Part shown: in pieces, positions 1 to 15,000 of the stretch
How positions within the stretch are numbered: the stretch's first letter is position 1
Layout: the number at the start of each line of letters is the position of its first letter
Assembly: GCA_044221725.1 (NCBI GenBank)
Contig: JBGAON010000001.1
Span: 416,001 to 480,000 of the forward strand
Origin: Elusimicrobiota bacterium
GTDB lineage: Bacteria > Elusimicrobiota > Elusimicrobia > F11
Length of the DNA: 64,000 nucleotides
Direction: 5' to 3'
Made by a program: the position numbers and the translations under genes
Notes under the pieces: model-generated
What the model was told of the DNA's origin: nothing
The model's database searches: none
Seen by the model: only the letters and a program-made list of their open reading frames with translations

Positions 1-3000
1 TGGATTTTCCCCGACCGAAAAATAGCTTTTTACCCTCCGGGCACCGAGCCGAACACGGCGTTTCCAATGAACGAGTGGCATCACTTTGCTGCAACGTACG
101 ACGGTAACACAATGCAGTATTACTACGACGGCCAACCGGATGGAAGTTATGTCCACGGTGCGGGGGCGCTTTTGCCTCTGCCTCTTTCGCCGCCCGTGCA
201 AATTGGAGCGGAGTGTAATGTTGGTGCATTCCTTGGCCTTATGGACGAAATGCGCATGTATCACGTGACGCTCAGCTCGGCGCAGATTCTCGCCTTGCGG
301 ACCAACAAATGGAGCGGTTTATTAAGCACCGACTTCAGCACGGCCAGCAATTGGGGCGGCGACAATTATCCGGATAACTATCGCGTGGCGCCGGGCCGTT
401 GGGCCGACGTGTGGATTGCGACGGCGACCAACATTCCTCAACTGAGTTCGGCTACCACAAATCGTGGATTAATTATCGAACGCAACGCGGAATTGAAATT
501 GAACGGTTACAACATTACGATCAGTAGCCAAGTGGTGAGCAGCGGAACACTCACATTAAACGGCAACGAAACCGTAACTTTCCCGTCGAACGCCAACTAC
601 ACAAGCTCCGGCACATGGCAGTACGTTGGAGGAGCGTCTTACACGGTGAAGGATTGGGGAGTGAACGACTACTACAAACTCGTGTTTAATGGCACCGGCA
701 CCTTCACGCTCGGCGGAAACTTAACCGTGTTGAACAACCTTGTCATTACGCAAGGTACGCTGGACTTAAACGGATTTAATCTCACGGTGAACGGGAATTT
801 CTCGAACAGCGGAAATCTGAAATTGAAAGGGCATGAGACAGTAACGATCGGCGGCAGCACGACCAGTGTCAGCGGATCAAGCGTCACCTACACGGGCGGT
901 TCGGCGGTGACCTTGAAACGATGGCCGTATCAGTCTCTCGTCATTAGCGGAACCGGAACATTCAACCAAGGCGAAGTAAAAACCATTTATGAAAACTTCC
1001 AAATTTCGACCGGTATCTACAAAACACAAAGTTTTGATCTAACGATCTCGACGGGTCTCGTGCAGTCAAACGGTTTAATTCAATTCGGCACGTCGGTGGT
1101 CACGCTCGGCGGCGATTTGTCGATCAGCGGAGGAACATTCGATTCCGGCTTCTCAACGATGCAATTCACAAGCGGGCTCGCGCAAAATCTGTCGCCGAAC
1201 GCGACGAACTTCTACAACATCCTTATTAATAAGACGGGTGGCAGTGTTTCGCTGAACAGCGCTCTCGATATTACGGGGAACTGGACCAACACCAGTAACA
1301 CATCGTTTGCGTCCGGCAATTCCACGATCACGTTCCGCAACTCCGGAGTTCAAAAAATAAGCGGTAACACCACCTTCTACGCGATGCGCGCGATAACAGC
1401 GAACGCAACCGTTCAATTCGCCGCCGGCTCGACACAATACGCGTTGAACATGGTGGAATTTCGAAATGTGGGACTACTGTCGCCAACCAACGGCGCGACG
1501 TGGTATTTCAGCTACAAAGGATCGAGCCAAACACTGACGAGTTTGCGCGTGCGTGATTCCAACGCGACGATCAACAACGGTACCACGATGTACGCGAACG
1601 ATGGCACTTCCATTGATCTTGGAAATAATACGAATTGGGTTTTTACCGATATCACACCCCCCAGTGCCGTAAGCGATCTTGTCGGCGTTGCCGGTGTTGG
1701 AAACGATGTGCAGCTCCGCTGGTCCGCGCCCGGGGATGATGCCAATTCGGGAGCGTTGAGCCCGGGCACGTTCCGCATCTTTTATTCGTCGGTGTCGGGT
1801 GACTTGTCCGGCTTAACCGTGAATTCGTCAACCACGGCGACGCGCAGCAAACTCGATATTTCAACCACGAGCGTGAACCCGGGTTCGGTGCAAACACGGA
1901 CGATCACCGGGTTATTGAATCTCACGAGCTATTACTTCGCGATTTTCACGGCCGACGAAATACCGAATTGGTCGGGTGTTTCGGCCGCCGCCACGTCCTA
2001 CACCGAAACATGGTTCGATTCGTCCCCGCTTGAAATCGACGGCGCGAACGGCGGCCTCGTGCAGGGGCGCGTGGCGTTCGGCGATTACGACAACGACGGC
2101 GACCTGGATATTCTCGTGAACGGAAAAGATTCGAGCAACAACCCGCAGCTGCGGATTTATAAGAACAATGGCAACGGCACCTATGACACCACGCAAATAG
2201 AAGTGGATAGCGCCTCGGGCGGCTCTTATCTCGGAGATATCGCTTGGGGAGACGCCGACAACGACGGCGACTTGGACATTTTTGAAACCGGCACGAGCAC
2301 CGATTCCACGTTTGTGTTGCGTGTGTACAAAAACAACGGCGACGGCTCGTACAACCCCACGCAAATCGAAGTAGGGCCCGCGGTAAATTACGGACTCCGA
2401 AACGGTGGACTCTCTCTTGGAGACTTTGATAACGACGGATATCTCGACATTCTCGTGAACGGCGACAATTACACAGTTATCGGTCAATTAAAAGTTTACA
2501 AAAACAATGGGGACGGAACCTTCAGCTCCACGGCGATCGAGGCTCCTGGAAGCGCCGGCTTGGGGCTCACCTACGGACGTGTGCAGTGGGGCGACTACAA
2601 CAACGATGGTTTCCTCGACATTTTGGTTTCGGGCTATGACGCGGGATTCGCTAAACAATTGCGTGTGTACAAAAACAACGGAGATGGCACGTTTGCTTCC
2701 GCGATTGATATCGATGGTTCGGGTGGCGGACTTTATAACAGCGATGTCGCGTGGGGCGATTTTGATAACGACGGCGATCTCGACATTCTCTCAAGCGGAT
2801 ACGACAGTTCGAATCAAAAACAAATTCGTGTTTATAAAAACAACGGGAACGGCACGTTTGATTCCTCGCAAATCGAAGTGGCGGGCGCCAACAATGGAAT
2901 CGCAAGCTCGGTGGCCTGGGGTGACTTTGACAACGATGGTTACCTTGATGTTCTCGTGAGCGGCTCGGACGGCACGAACAATCAGTTGCGGGCGTATCGC

Positions 3001-6000
3001 AACAATGGCGACGGGACATTTAACTCGACGGCCTTGGAAATCGCCGGTATTAACAACGGGGTCAGCAGCGGCAGCGCCGTGTTCGGCGACTATGACAACG
3101 ATGGCGACCTCGATATTCTTGCGAGCGGTGTGACCACCGGAACAAATTATCAACTGCGAATTTATAAAAACCGGTTGGGTTCTGTTTTGCCGAATGTCGC
3201 ACCAACGGCGCCCACCTCGCTCGTGGTTTCTTCGGGCACGGCCGGCTACCAATTCAAGTGGGCGGCCGGCACCGACCAAAGCTTTAGCGCGAACAGTTTG
3301 ACGTACAACCTTCGTGTCAGCACGATGTCGCAATCGTCGAGCACCGTGAGCGGTGTGTACGCGTCGCCGCTTCTCGGAAATTATTATCGACCGATGTTGT
3401 CGTCTTCGCAGCTCGGTATGAGCCTGCGCTTGGCGGCGAACACAACTTATTACTGGAGCGTGCAAACAATTGATGCGCAGCTCGGAAAGAGCGCGTACGC
3501 CACCGAAGTTTCAACTTTCATCGCGGTGACATTGCCCAATGTGATCACAGACCTGATGGCCACTTCCGGAAGCCAAGTCACACTGACCTGGTCCACGCCG
3601 TTCCCATTGCCCAATTCCTACCTCATTCGCTACTCCACGACGGGCCCTATTGTGTCGAGCACGGACTTTTCAACGGCCACCGCGCTCGGAGCGAATGGAA
3701 TCACTCCGGTTCCCGCTCCGCAGCCCTATGGACTTCACACGCTCGTGGTAACCGGTCTTATTCCCGACACAACGTATTGGTGGGTAATCAAATCATCGAA
3801 CGCGGCGGGCACAACCGCTGTGGACACATCATCGCCGCGCCCGTTCGCGATCGCGGGACCGTTCAGCGGTTATCAGATCGAAGTGGATGGTTTGAATGGT
3901 GGGCTATCGAGCGCTCGAATGACGTGGGGCGATATCGACAACGATGGCGATTTGGACCTTGTAGCAATGGGCTATGGCTCAACCAGCCCCCAACTTCGGG
4001 TGTACAAAAACAACGGAAACGGCACGTTTGATTCGAGTCAAATTGAAGTCGATGGGCTGGGCGGCGGACTCCAAGCTGGCAGCGTCACCTTGGGCGACTT
4101 TGACAACGATGGCGATCTCGATATCTTGGCCACCGGTGCGGATGCCAATGGGAAGGGCCAAACCCGCGTTTACAAAAACAATGGCGACGGCACGTTTGAC
4201 ACAAGCCAAATTGAGGTTCAGGGAATTGATGCTGGTCTGTATAACGGATCCGTCCAATGGGGCGATTTCGACAACGATGGTGACCTTGATATCTTGGCGG
4301 TTGGCGTGAGCACATCGTCGGTGCGACAATTGCGCGTGTTTAAGAACAATGGGGATGGTTCGATCAATTCCGTGGGTATCGACTTGGCCAACGCGAATGA
4401 TAGTTTGTCCCTCGCCGATGCAAAATGGGCCGATGTTGATAGCGATGGCGATTTGGATGTCATTGCCACGGGCATAGATAAATCGTCGCAATTTCGGTTT
4501 CGTGTGTATTGGAATAATGGCGACGGAACATTTAACGCAACGCCAACTGACATTGAGAGTGGCGCAAATTCTGGTTACTACCAGGGTCAGCTCGAGATTG
4601 CTGATGTGGACAATGACGGAGATCTCGATATTTTGGTCGTGGGAAACAACCAATGGGCTCAACCATCGCTAAGCCTTTACAAAAACAATGGCGACGGAAC
4701 ATTTGATACAAACCAAATTGACATCGATGGCGTTAGCGGCGGGCTCACGATCAGTTCGGTCGCCTTGGGAGATTTCGACAACGATGGCGACTTGGATATT
4801 CTCGAAACGGGCTATTACGCGACTACGTATCAGTTCCGTGTTTACAAAAACAACGGCAACGGCACGTTTGACCCAACGCAAATTGAAATTGATGGATTAA
4901 ACAACGGCCTGTACAACGGAGGCGTGGCTTGGGCAGATTTTGACAACGACGGAGATTTGGATATTGGAATGGTCGGACAAGGCGGGTACGGATATGGTCA
5001 GTTGCGGGTTTATTCAAATCTCGAAAACCTAAAGGCCAACACGAACACGGCTCCGTCGGCGCCGAGCGGCCTGGCTTCCACGTTCCAATACGGCGTTTCG
5101 CGCAGCACGCTGACGTTCAATTGGGCGAGCAACACCGCCTACGACACCGGAATGTCGTCAAACAGCGTGTACTTCAATGTCTGGATGGGCACGAACACGT
5201 TGGCGGCATCGCCGCCGGCGGGCTACGACAAAACCATCATTGCGCCGCGACAAGGATCGCCGTTCTTTGGAAATTATTTGCGCGCGGCCAACAAAGTGTG
5301 GCCCGGAAGCGGGTCCCGCCAATACGGTGTGTATTACACGACCACGCCGAACATCAGTTCAAACGCTTTAAAAACGGACACCTCTTATTATTGGCGTGTT
5401 CAAACAATCGATGCGGGTCTAAAAGAATCCGCGTGGACGAGCCAGCAAACGCTGCGCACCGATGTGGCACCGAACGCGGTGACCGACTTGGCCGCGTTAC
5501 TAACGGGAACCACGTATTCCATAAATCTCACGTGGTCGGCGCCGGGCGATGATCAAGACCAAGGTACATTGAATTCGGCCGCGTTCCGAATTTTCTATTC
5601 CACGGTCGTGACCGATATGGCCGGCTTAACGGCCACGTCGGCCGCCACAGCCACGCTCGCGCGAATTTCGGTTTCAACGTCGAGTGTCAATCCTGGATCC
5701 TCGCAAGCGTACGCGCTCACCGGTCTTGCCGCTGGGTCGCAATATTACATTCGCGTTTTCACGGGCGACGAAGTGCCGAACTGGGCGTCGATTTCGAACG
5801 GTGCCACGCAATACACAGGGACACCGATCACTGGAGACCGGTATTGGATCGGAAGTGCGGCCGGCAATTGGAGTGATGCGACGCGCTGGTCGACGTCCTC
5901 GGGGGGCGCCGCCTCCGGCGGTGTTCCGTTGTCGACGCATTCCGTTGTGTTCGACGGCGTGAACAACAGCACCGGCAATTGCACGATTGATTTGGCGGTG

Positions 6001-9000
6001 TCCGTTTCCACACTTTCGATAAGTGGATATTCGGGCACCGTGAACGCCGGCACCAACACGGTGACGGTTACAAATCTCTTTGCGCTGGACACCGGAGCGT
6101 TTACGGCCCCATCAAATTCTTTGCAGGTCGGACAGTTCTCCCACACGGGCGGCACGTTTGCCGCCAACAATGGAACGGTCATGCTGGCCGGCTCCGCGCA
6201 AGCTTCGCTTGTTACTTCCGGTGGTACGTCGTTCAACAATCTTACGATCAACAACGGTATCACCGGTTCGACGCAGACTCTTATGGGAAACCTTGATGTG
6301 AACGGTGATTTGGTTATTAACTCCGGCGTGTTGGACCCGGCCGGCTACACGATCAATGTTGCTTCCAGTTTCTATAACAATGGAGGAAGATTCGTTAATT
6401 CCGGTTCGATTGTGTTTGATGGAACATCCGGTGCACAAACCATTCTTTCGGCGCAACAACCGTTCAATAACCTTACGATCAACGGCAGCGGCGCCACGTG
6501 GAGCTTGGGCGACAATTTGTATTCAAGCGGAACCATCACGCTCACCGCCGGAACATTGGATGTTGGGCAGAGCACCTGGAATATCAACGCGGTAAGTTGG
6601 ACCGACACCGGTTCCGCTTCGTTCACGCGCCGCACGAGCACCGTGACCGTCACCGGTAGTGGTACCATCAATTCGAACGATGCGTTTCACAACGTCGTCA
6701 TTAATTCCGCCGGCACGCCGACGATTTCGAATTTGCTGACGGTCAGTGGGGACTGGAACAAAATGTCCGCTACGTTAACCACCACCGGAAGCACGGTTGT
6801 GTTCACCGGGAGTGGTGTTCAAAAACTCACGGGCGACACCACGTTCTACGGTTTGCGTGCGCTGACATCCAACGCAACGCTGCAATTCACGGTGGGCAGC
6901 ACGCAATACGTAACGAACATGCTCGAGTGGCGCAATGTGGGCTTGCTATCGACGGGTGCCAGCGGAACCACATGGTATTTCAGTTACAGAGGGTCGAGCC
7001 AGACGCTCACGAATTTGCGCGTGCGCGATTCGAACGCAGGGGCGAGCGGCGGCAGCATCATGTACGCCGGTGATGGTTCGAGCACAAATCTTGGCAACAA
7101 CACGAATTGGTCGTTTATTCCCCTGATTTCTGGAGATCGGTATTGGATCGCGGCCGGTGCGGGCAATTGGTCGGATCCGAACAATTGGTCGACCACGTCC
7201 GGGGGCGCCGCGAGTGGTGGGGTTCCGATCGCAACGCACTCGGTGGTGTTCGATGGGGGAAGCGGATCGAAAAACGGCGCTTGCACGATTGATTTGGCGG
7301 TCAGCGTGGCGAGCGTCACCATCTACGGATACACAAACACTGTTAACGCCGGCACAAACACCATTACGTTGTCAGGGAACTTTAATTTGTTGAGCGGCGC
7401 GTTTACGGCCCCTTCGACATTATTGAAAGTCGCGAGAGATTTTACCCACACGGCTGGCACGTTTAACCACAACAATGGAGTCGTGATGCTGTCGAGCGCC
7501 GGGGTTCAGCGGACACTCAATGTTTCGGGCGGTACGGTATTCAATAATTTAACGCTGAACGATTCGTTGGTTGGTTACTGGAAATTGGATGAAACGTCCG
7601 GATCCACAGCGTACGATTCGTCCGGATACCAAAGCGCGGGAAGTTATGTTAGCAGTCCCGTCGCCTCCACGACGACGGCAACAACAAGCGCACGATTCAC
7701 GAGCGAACGAAGTGTGGACTTCTCGGGCGGGAGCGCGTACATAGACCTTGGCCATCCATCCGCATTGAATCTCACCTCTGCGTTTACTCTTTCGGCGTGG
7801 GTTTATGCGTACTCATCTCCGGCCGGCGTGGGCATTATTTCAGAATATTACTCCGGAGACCCGGTGCAATACGAATTGGGAGTCGGAATGGATGAAGGCG
7901 GTGGTGGAAGCGCCAAACTGAAAGTTGGATTTTACACCGGCGCTACGTGGGCTTTGGCCGCTGATACTGTCGATATTGCCGTGGGTCAGTGGGTCCACGC
8001 GGCGGGTACGTGGGACGGCACAACCTTGCGTATATATAAGAACGGTACGGAAGTAGGGAATGGCACTCCGGGTTTGTCGCCGGTGGCCGACGGGGACCCC
8101 ATATTTATTGGTCGCCGCCATGATGTTGCGGGGAGTGTTAATTATTTCCCCGGGCTCATTGATGAGGTGAGAATTTACAATCGAGCGCTCTCTGCAACAG
8201 AAGTAGGGGCGTTGACATTGAATCGGCCTGCGGTCATGACGTCCACCACCACGTTGAGCGGCAACTTGGATGTTAACGGGAATCTCACTCTTTATTCCGG
8301 TACGCTCGATGTGAGCGGATCCAACTACCAAGTGAATGTGGCGTCGAACTTTTATAACTCGGGAGGGAATTTTGTGCCTCAAGCGGGCACCATTGTTTTT
8401 GATGGAACATCCGGAACCCAAAATATCCTGACGGCGCAGCGACCGTTCAACAATGTCACGGTAACTGGAAATGGTGCTACGTATCAACTATACGATCCGT
8501 TCTATTCCAGCGGGACTGTTACGCTTTCGGCAGGAACTTTGGATGTTTCCACACGCACCTGGCCGTTGAACGTGACATCGTGGACGGACACGGGTTCCGC
8601 TTCGTTCACACGACGCACGAGCACCGTGACCGTGACCGGGAGCGGCACCATCAATTCAAACGATGCGTTCCACAACGTCATCATCAATTCGGCCGGAACA
8701 CCGACGATTTCAAACACGCTAACGGTGTCCGGTGATTGGACAAATACATCGTCAGCAATTACCACCACCGGAAGCACCGTCACATTCAACGCGAGCGGTG
8801 TGCAAAAAATATCGGGCAGCACCACGTTCTACGCGATTCGCGCCATCACACCCAACGCGACGGTTCAGTTCGCGGTGGGAAGCACGCAGTACATCACGAA
8901 CGCTGTCGAGTTCCGGAACGTCGGATTGCAATCGCCGACGAACGGTGCAACATGGTACTTCACGTATCACGGTTCGAGCCAAACGCTCACGAACCTGCGC

Positions 9001-12000
9001 GTGCGCGATTCAAACGCGAGCCCGAACCAAGGGACAGCGATGAACGCGTACGATGGCACCTCGACGAATTTGGGCAATAACACGAATTGGAACTTTACTC
9101 CGCTGGACACTGGTTTCCGCTATTGGATTCCCTCCGCCGCTGGGAATTGGAGCGCGGCGAGCAATTGGTCAACCGTGTCTGGTGGTGTTGCTTACGGGGG
9201 CGTGCCGCTTTCTACTCACACGGTGGTGTTCGATGGCGTGAACAACAGCACCGGCAATTGCACCATTAATTTGGTTGTTTCTGTGGCGAGTATGACCATC
9301 AATGGTTATTCGGGAACCGTGAACGCTGGAACAAACACCGTAACGGTCGCCAATGCGTTCACGCTGGCGTCGGGCGTGTTCACGGCGCCATCAACGTGGT
9401 TAAGAGTGGGCGGAAACTTCTCCCACACCGGGGGTACGTTCAATTCCAGCAATGGGAATGTCATTTTCAATGGGGCCGGCGCTGGGGCAATCGATGCATC
9501 GGCTGGAACGTCATTCAACAACGTCACCATCAACGATGGTTTGGTGGGATACTGGAAGCTGGATGAAACGAGCGGGACAACCGCATCCGATTCGTCCGGC
9601 TATGGCGTTGACGGAACGTATGGGGGAAGTCCGGCAAGTTCAACGACGGTGCCCACAGTGTTTTTTAGTAATCCCCGGAGTGTTTCTTTTGATGGTGCCA
9701 GCACGATCGACGTGCCCAAGGTGGCTGCCAAGGTAGCGAGCGGAAGCGTGTCCATTAGTGCGTGGATTTTGTTGCGATCCGCTTATACCGCTGGCGGTGG
9801 AGACCGCGTTATCTTTTCGGTCTCCGACGCGACATCAAGCAACGACCTGTTGCTTGGGTTTGCAAACGGGACCGGTCGATTGACGTATAACGTGTACGAT
9901 GGAGGGAGTTATCAAACGGCGGCCAGTGACGGTACCACGAGTTGGTCGGCCGGAATTTGGTTTCACGTGGTGGGTGTCTACAACGCCGCTTCGGGCCTTG
10001 TCACCCTGTATTTGAATGGAACGCCATACGCAACGACGGGCAGCTGCCCCTCGCGCGGAACAACCGCTTCGCTCGATGCCGATATTGGAAGCCAGCAAAA
10101 TTCATTTGGGCTCTTTAACGGATTGATCGATGATGTGCGCGTGTATGACCGCGTTCTTGCGCCGTCCGAGATCACTGCGCTGGCGGCCGGCCGGCAACCG
10201 GCCACGTTTGTCTCGACGAAAACGTTAACCACCGCGCTGGATGTCAACGGAGACCTTGCATTAAACGCTGGGAATCTCGATGTTGGCTCCAGCTATCAAA
10301 TTAACGTGGCATCCTCGTGGTACAACAACGGCGGTGTGTTCACGCCACGCAGCGGCGGCGTCGTGTTCGATGGCACAAGCGGTAATCAGAACATTCTTTC
10401 CGGCCAACAGCCCTTCAATGATGTGACGATCAACGGAAGCGCAGCGACGTGGAGCCTGAACGATGCTCTCTATTCGAGCGGCACCGTCACGCTCACCGCC
10501 GGAACGTTCGACGTCTCAACGAGCACGTGGCCGTTGGCCGTGACAAGTTGGACCGATACGGGATCCGCAACGTTCACGCGCCGCACGAGTACGATCACGT
10601 TCGCCGGTGCGGGTACAATTAATTCGAACGATGCGTTCCACAACGTGATCATCAATTCGGCCGGAACCCCGACGATTTCAAACACGTTAACGGTGTCCGG
10701 CGATTGGACAAAAACATCGGCAGCGCTTACCACCACCGGAAGCACCATCACATTCAACGCAAGCGGTGTGCAGAAAATATCGGGGAACACCACGTTCTAT
10801 GCGCTTCGCGCCATCACACCGAATGCGACGGTTCAGTTCGCGGTTGGAAGCACGCAGTACATTACGAACGCCGTCGAGTTCCGAAACGTCGGATTGCAAT
10901 CGCCGACGAACGGTGCAACGTGGTACTTCACGTATCACGGTTCGAGTCAAACACTCGTCAATTTGCGCGTGCGCGATTCGAATGCAAGCCTGAGCCAGGG
11001 CACACAGATGGATGCGAGCGATGGCACGAGCACGGACCTTGGCAATAACACGAACTGGAATTTCGCAAACGCGCCGACGAACCATCAGTTCGTTTCTGTT
11101 TATGTTTCCAGTATCACGACGCAGTGGACACTGGCTTCTGGTGCCCAAGGATACGAACTCGATGCGTCCACCGGATCGTTCCCCAACTCGTTCGCCGGCA
11201 ACAAGAGTTCGTCGACGGTCGGATCCGTTAATTCATTGGCCGTATTAAGTCTGTCGGCGAACACCACGTACTTTTTGCAAGTGGGTTCCGTGTTCTTCGG
11301 TACAACCTATTATGGAGCGACACAAATTTCGACGGCGACGCTTGCCAGCATTCCGGCGACGGCGGCGAGCACGTGGACCGCGGTCAATTACACGTCGATC
11401 ACCGTGACATGGACGCAAGGACTCAATCCGTCATCCATCACCCAATACTTCGTGCAGTTGTCGACGGTCAGCAGTTTCACGGGCGCGAACGACAAATCGG
11501 CGTACACCTACAGTTTGAGCAACGCGTTTACGGGGCTTGTTCCGAACACGGCTTACTTTGCGCAAGTGCGTGCCATCAATCATTACGGCATCGCGACGAG
11601 CGTATTGAGCTTGGGCAGCACGACGACAATCTCCGTACCAGCGCCGGCGGGACTTGCATTCTCAACGGCATCAGCGACCACGCTAACGGGAACTTGGACG
11701 CCGCTGTCGTTCACGGCCGACTTCTATAACTTGCGCGTGAGCACCGATTCTGGATTCACGGGAACAATCACGAGTTCCGCTACTGTATTTCCGCCGACCA
11801 GTGTGACGACGCCAGCTCTCAGTGTGAACACCACTTATTACGGACAAGTGAATGCGGTCGTGAATGGGTCCACAGGAGCCTGGAGCGCGAACGTGACGAC
11901 CGCCACGCTCGCCAGCATTCCAGCAACAGCCGCTTCGACTTGGACGGCGGTCAATTACACGTCCATCACCGTGACGTGGACACAAGGACTTAACCCGTCG

Positions 12001-15000
12001 TCCATCACGGAATATTATGTGCAGTTGTCGACGGTGAGCAGCTTCACGGGAGCGAGTGATATGTCTGCCTACACGTACAGCTTGAGCAACGCGTTCACCG
12101 GTCTTGTTCCGAACACCGCGTACTACGCGCAAGTGCGCGCGATCAACCATTACGGCATCGCTACAAACGTATTGAGCTTGGGAAGCACGACGACAATTTC
12201 CGTGCCCGCGCCAACCGGTCTCACGTTCTCGACGGCGTCCGCAACGACGCTCACCGGAACCTGGACGCCGCTGTCGTTCACGGCCGACTTCTACAACTTG
12301 CGCGTGAGCACCGATTCTGGATTCACGGGAACGATCACGAGCTCCGCCACTGTGTTGCCACCCACGAGCGCGACGACACCAGCGCTCAGTGTGAACACAA
12401 CGTACTACGGGCAAGTAAATGCGGTAGTGAACGGATCGACGGGTGCGTGGAGCACGAACGTGACCACGGCCACGCTCGCGAGTATTCCAGTGACCGCCGC
12501 GAGTACTTGGTCGGCGGTGAACTTTACATCGTTCACCGTGACGTGGACGCAAGGGCTCAACCCAAGCAGCGTCACGAAGTATGTGATCCAGATTTCAACT
12601 GTGGGCAGTTTCACCGGCGTGAACGATCAATCGATCGCGACATACAGCTTGAACCAAGTTTTCACGGGTCTCATCCCGAACACCCAATACTTCGCGCAGG
12701 TGAAGGCGGTGAACCATTATGGAATTCCGACAAACTATCAGAGCCTCGGTAGCACGACGACGCTGGGCACGCCGGCTCCGACGGGCCTCATGTTCTCTAC
12801 AGCCTCTGCAACAACACTCACCGGAACGTGGACACCGCTTGGGTCCGGAGCCGACTTCTATAACTTACGCGTGAGCACCGACTCGAACTTCACTGGCACG
12901 GTCTCGAGTTCCGCGACGGTGTTACCGCCGACGAGCGTGACGACGCCGGCGCTCAGTGTGAACACGACTTATTATGGACAAGTGAACGCGGTCGTGAATG
13001 GGTCCACAGGAGCCTGGAGCGCGAACGTGACGACCGCAACGCTTGCGAGTATCCCTGCGACCGCAGCCTCGACGTGGACCGCGGTCAATTACACTTCGAT
13101 CACTGTTGCCTGGACGCAGGGCCTCAATCCATCGTCGGTGACCGAATACCAGGTGCAACTCTCGACGGTCAGCAGCTTCACCGGCGCGAACGACCAAAAC
13201 ATTTATACCTATGGCTTAAGCGGCGCGTTCACCGGTCTCATTCCGAACACCGCGTACTTCGCGCAAGTCCGCGCAATCAATCATTACGGAATACCGACGA
13301 ACTACTTGAGCTTGGGCAGCACGAGCACGTTGAGCACGCTGACGCCCACGGGGCTAACTTTCTCGACGGCGTCCGCAACAACGCTCACCGGAACATGGAC
13401 TCCGATTACTCCGGCCGCCGATTTCTACACGCTGCGCGTGAGCACCGCGTCGAACTTTACCGGTGTGATCACAAGCTCAGCGTCGGTGCTGCCTCCAACG
13501 ACCGCGTCGCTGCCGGCGCTGAGCGTCAACACGACGTATTACGGGCAGGTGAATGCCGTGCTGAATGGCTCGACGGGTTCCTGGAGCACGAACGTGACGA
13601 CGGCCACGCTCGCGAACCAACCGGCCACGGCGACGAACAGCTGGACAATGATTGCATTAACATCGGTAACGGTGACGTGGACCGAAAATGGAAACCCGGT
13701 CAACGTGACCGAATACGAAATCGAATTGTCCACGGTGTCGACATTCATTGGTGCGAGCGACATCACACACTTTGTTTATTCGACGACCGATACGTTTACG
13801 AGTTTGAATCCGACGTCAACGTACTACGCCCAGGTTCGTGCCATTAACCACTATGGAATTGCGACGAACTTCACCGATCTTGGCAGCACGATGACATTGG
13901 TCGCACCGATACCGACGAATCTCGCTATATCATCGGCGGCCATTAACAGTTTGACGGCGACATGGAGCGCGTCGAATCCGCCCGCCGAAACGTATCTGCT
14001 TGAAATGAGCACATCGAGCACTGACTTTGCGAACAAGAGCAGCTCCGCTACCGTCGGGGTCACGGCGACGATTGGTTCGCTCGGTGTGAACACGACGTAC
14101 TACGCGCGGGTCGCGTCGGTGATTGCGGGTTCAACTTATCCGTATAGCCCGTTCATTAGTTCCGCAACCTTGGCGAGTATTCCGGTGACGGCCGCATCCA
14201 CATGGACCGCCGTGAATTACACGTCGATTACGGTGACGTGGACGCAAGGCCTTAATCCTTCGTCGATGACCGAATACGTTGTGCAGCTCTCGACGACCAA
14301 CAACTTTAGCGGCGCGAACGACCAAACGGTCGTGACCTACGGATTGAGCAACGCGTTCACCGGTCTCGTGCCGAACACCGCGTATTACGCGCAAGTGAAA
14401 GCGGTGAACCACAGCGGTATCGCGACACTGTTCTTAAATCTCGGCAGCACAACCACGCTGGCGACGCCGGTTCCAACCGGTCTCACGTTCTCGACCGCGT
14501 CGGCCACCACGCTGACCGGCACTTGGACGCCGATTGCGGTCACCGCAGACTTCTACACGTTGCAAGTGTCGACGGACACGAACTTCACGGGCGCCATCAC
14601 AAGTTCGTCGACCGTCTTGCCGCCGACCACAGCGGCGACACCGGCGCTTAATGTTAACACCACGTATTATGGCCGAGTGAACGCGGTCGTGAATGGTTCC
14701 ACAGGTTCGTGGACCACGAACGTGACGACCGCAACGCTGGCGAGTATTCCGGCGACGGCGGCATCCACGTGGACCGCAGTGAACTTTACCTCGATCACTG
14801 TCACGTGGACGCAGGGCCTCAATCCGTCGGCGGTGACCGAATACCAGGTACAACTCTCGACGGTCAGCAGTTTCACCGGCGCGAACGATCGAGCGACTTA
14901 CACCTACAGTCTGAGCGCCGCGTTCACGAGCCTTGTCCCGAACACCGCGTACTACGTGCAAGTGCGTGCGATCAACCATTACGGAATCGCGACCAGTGTT

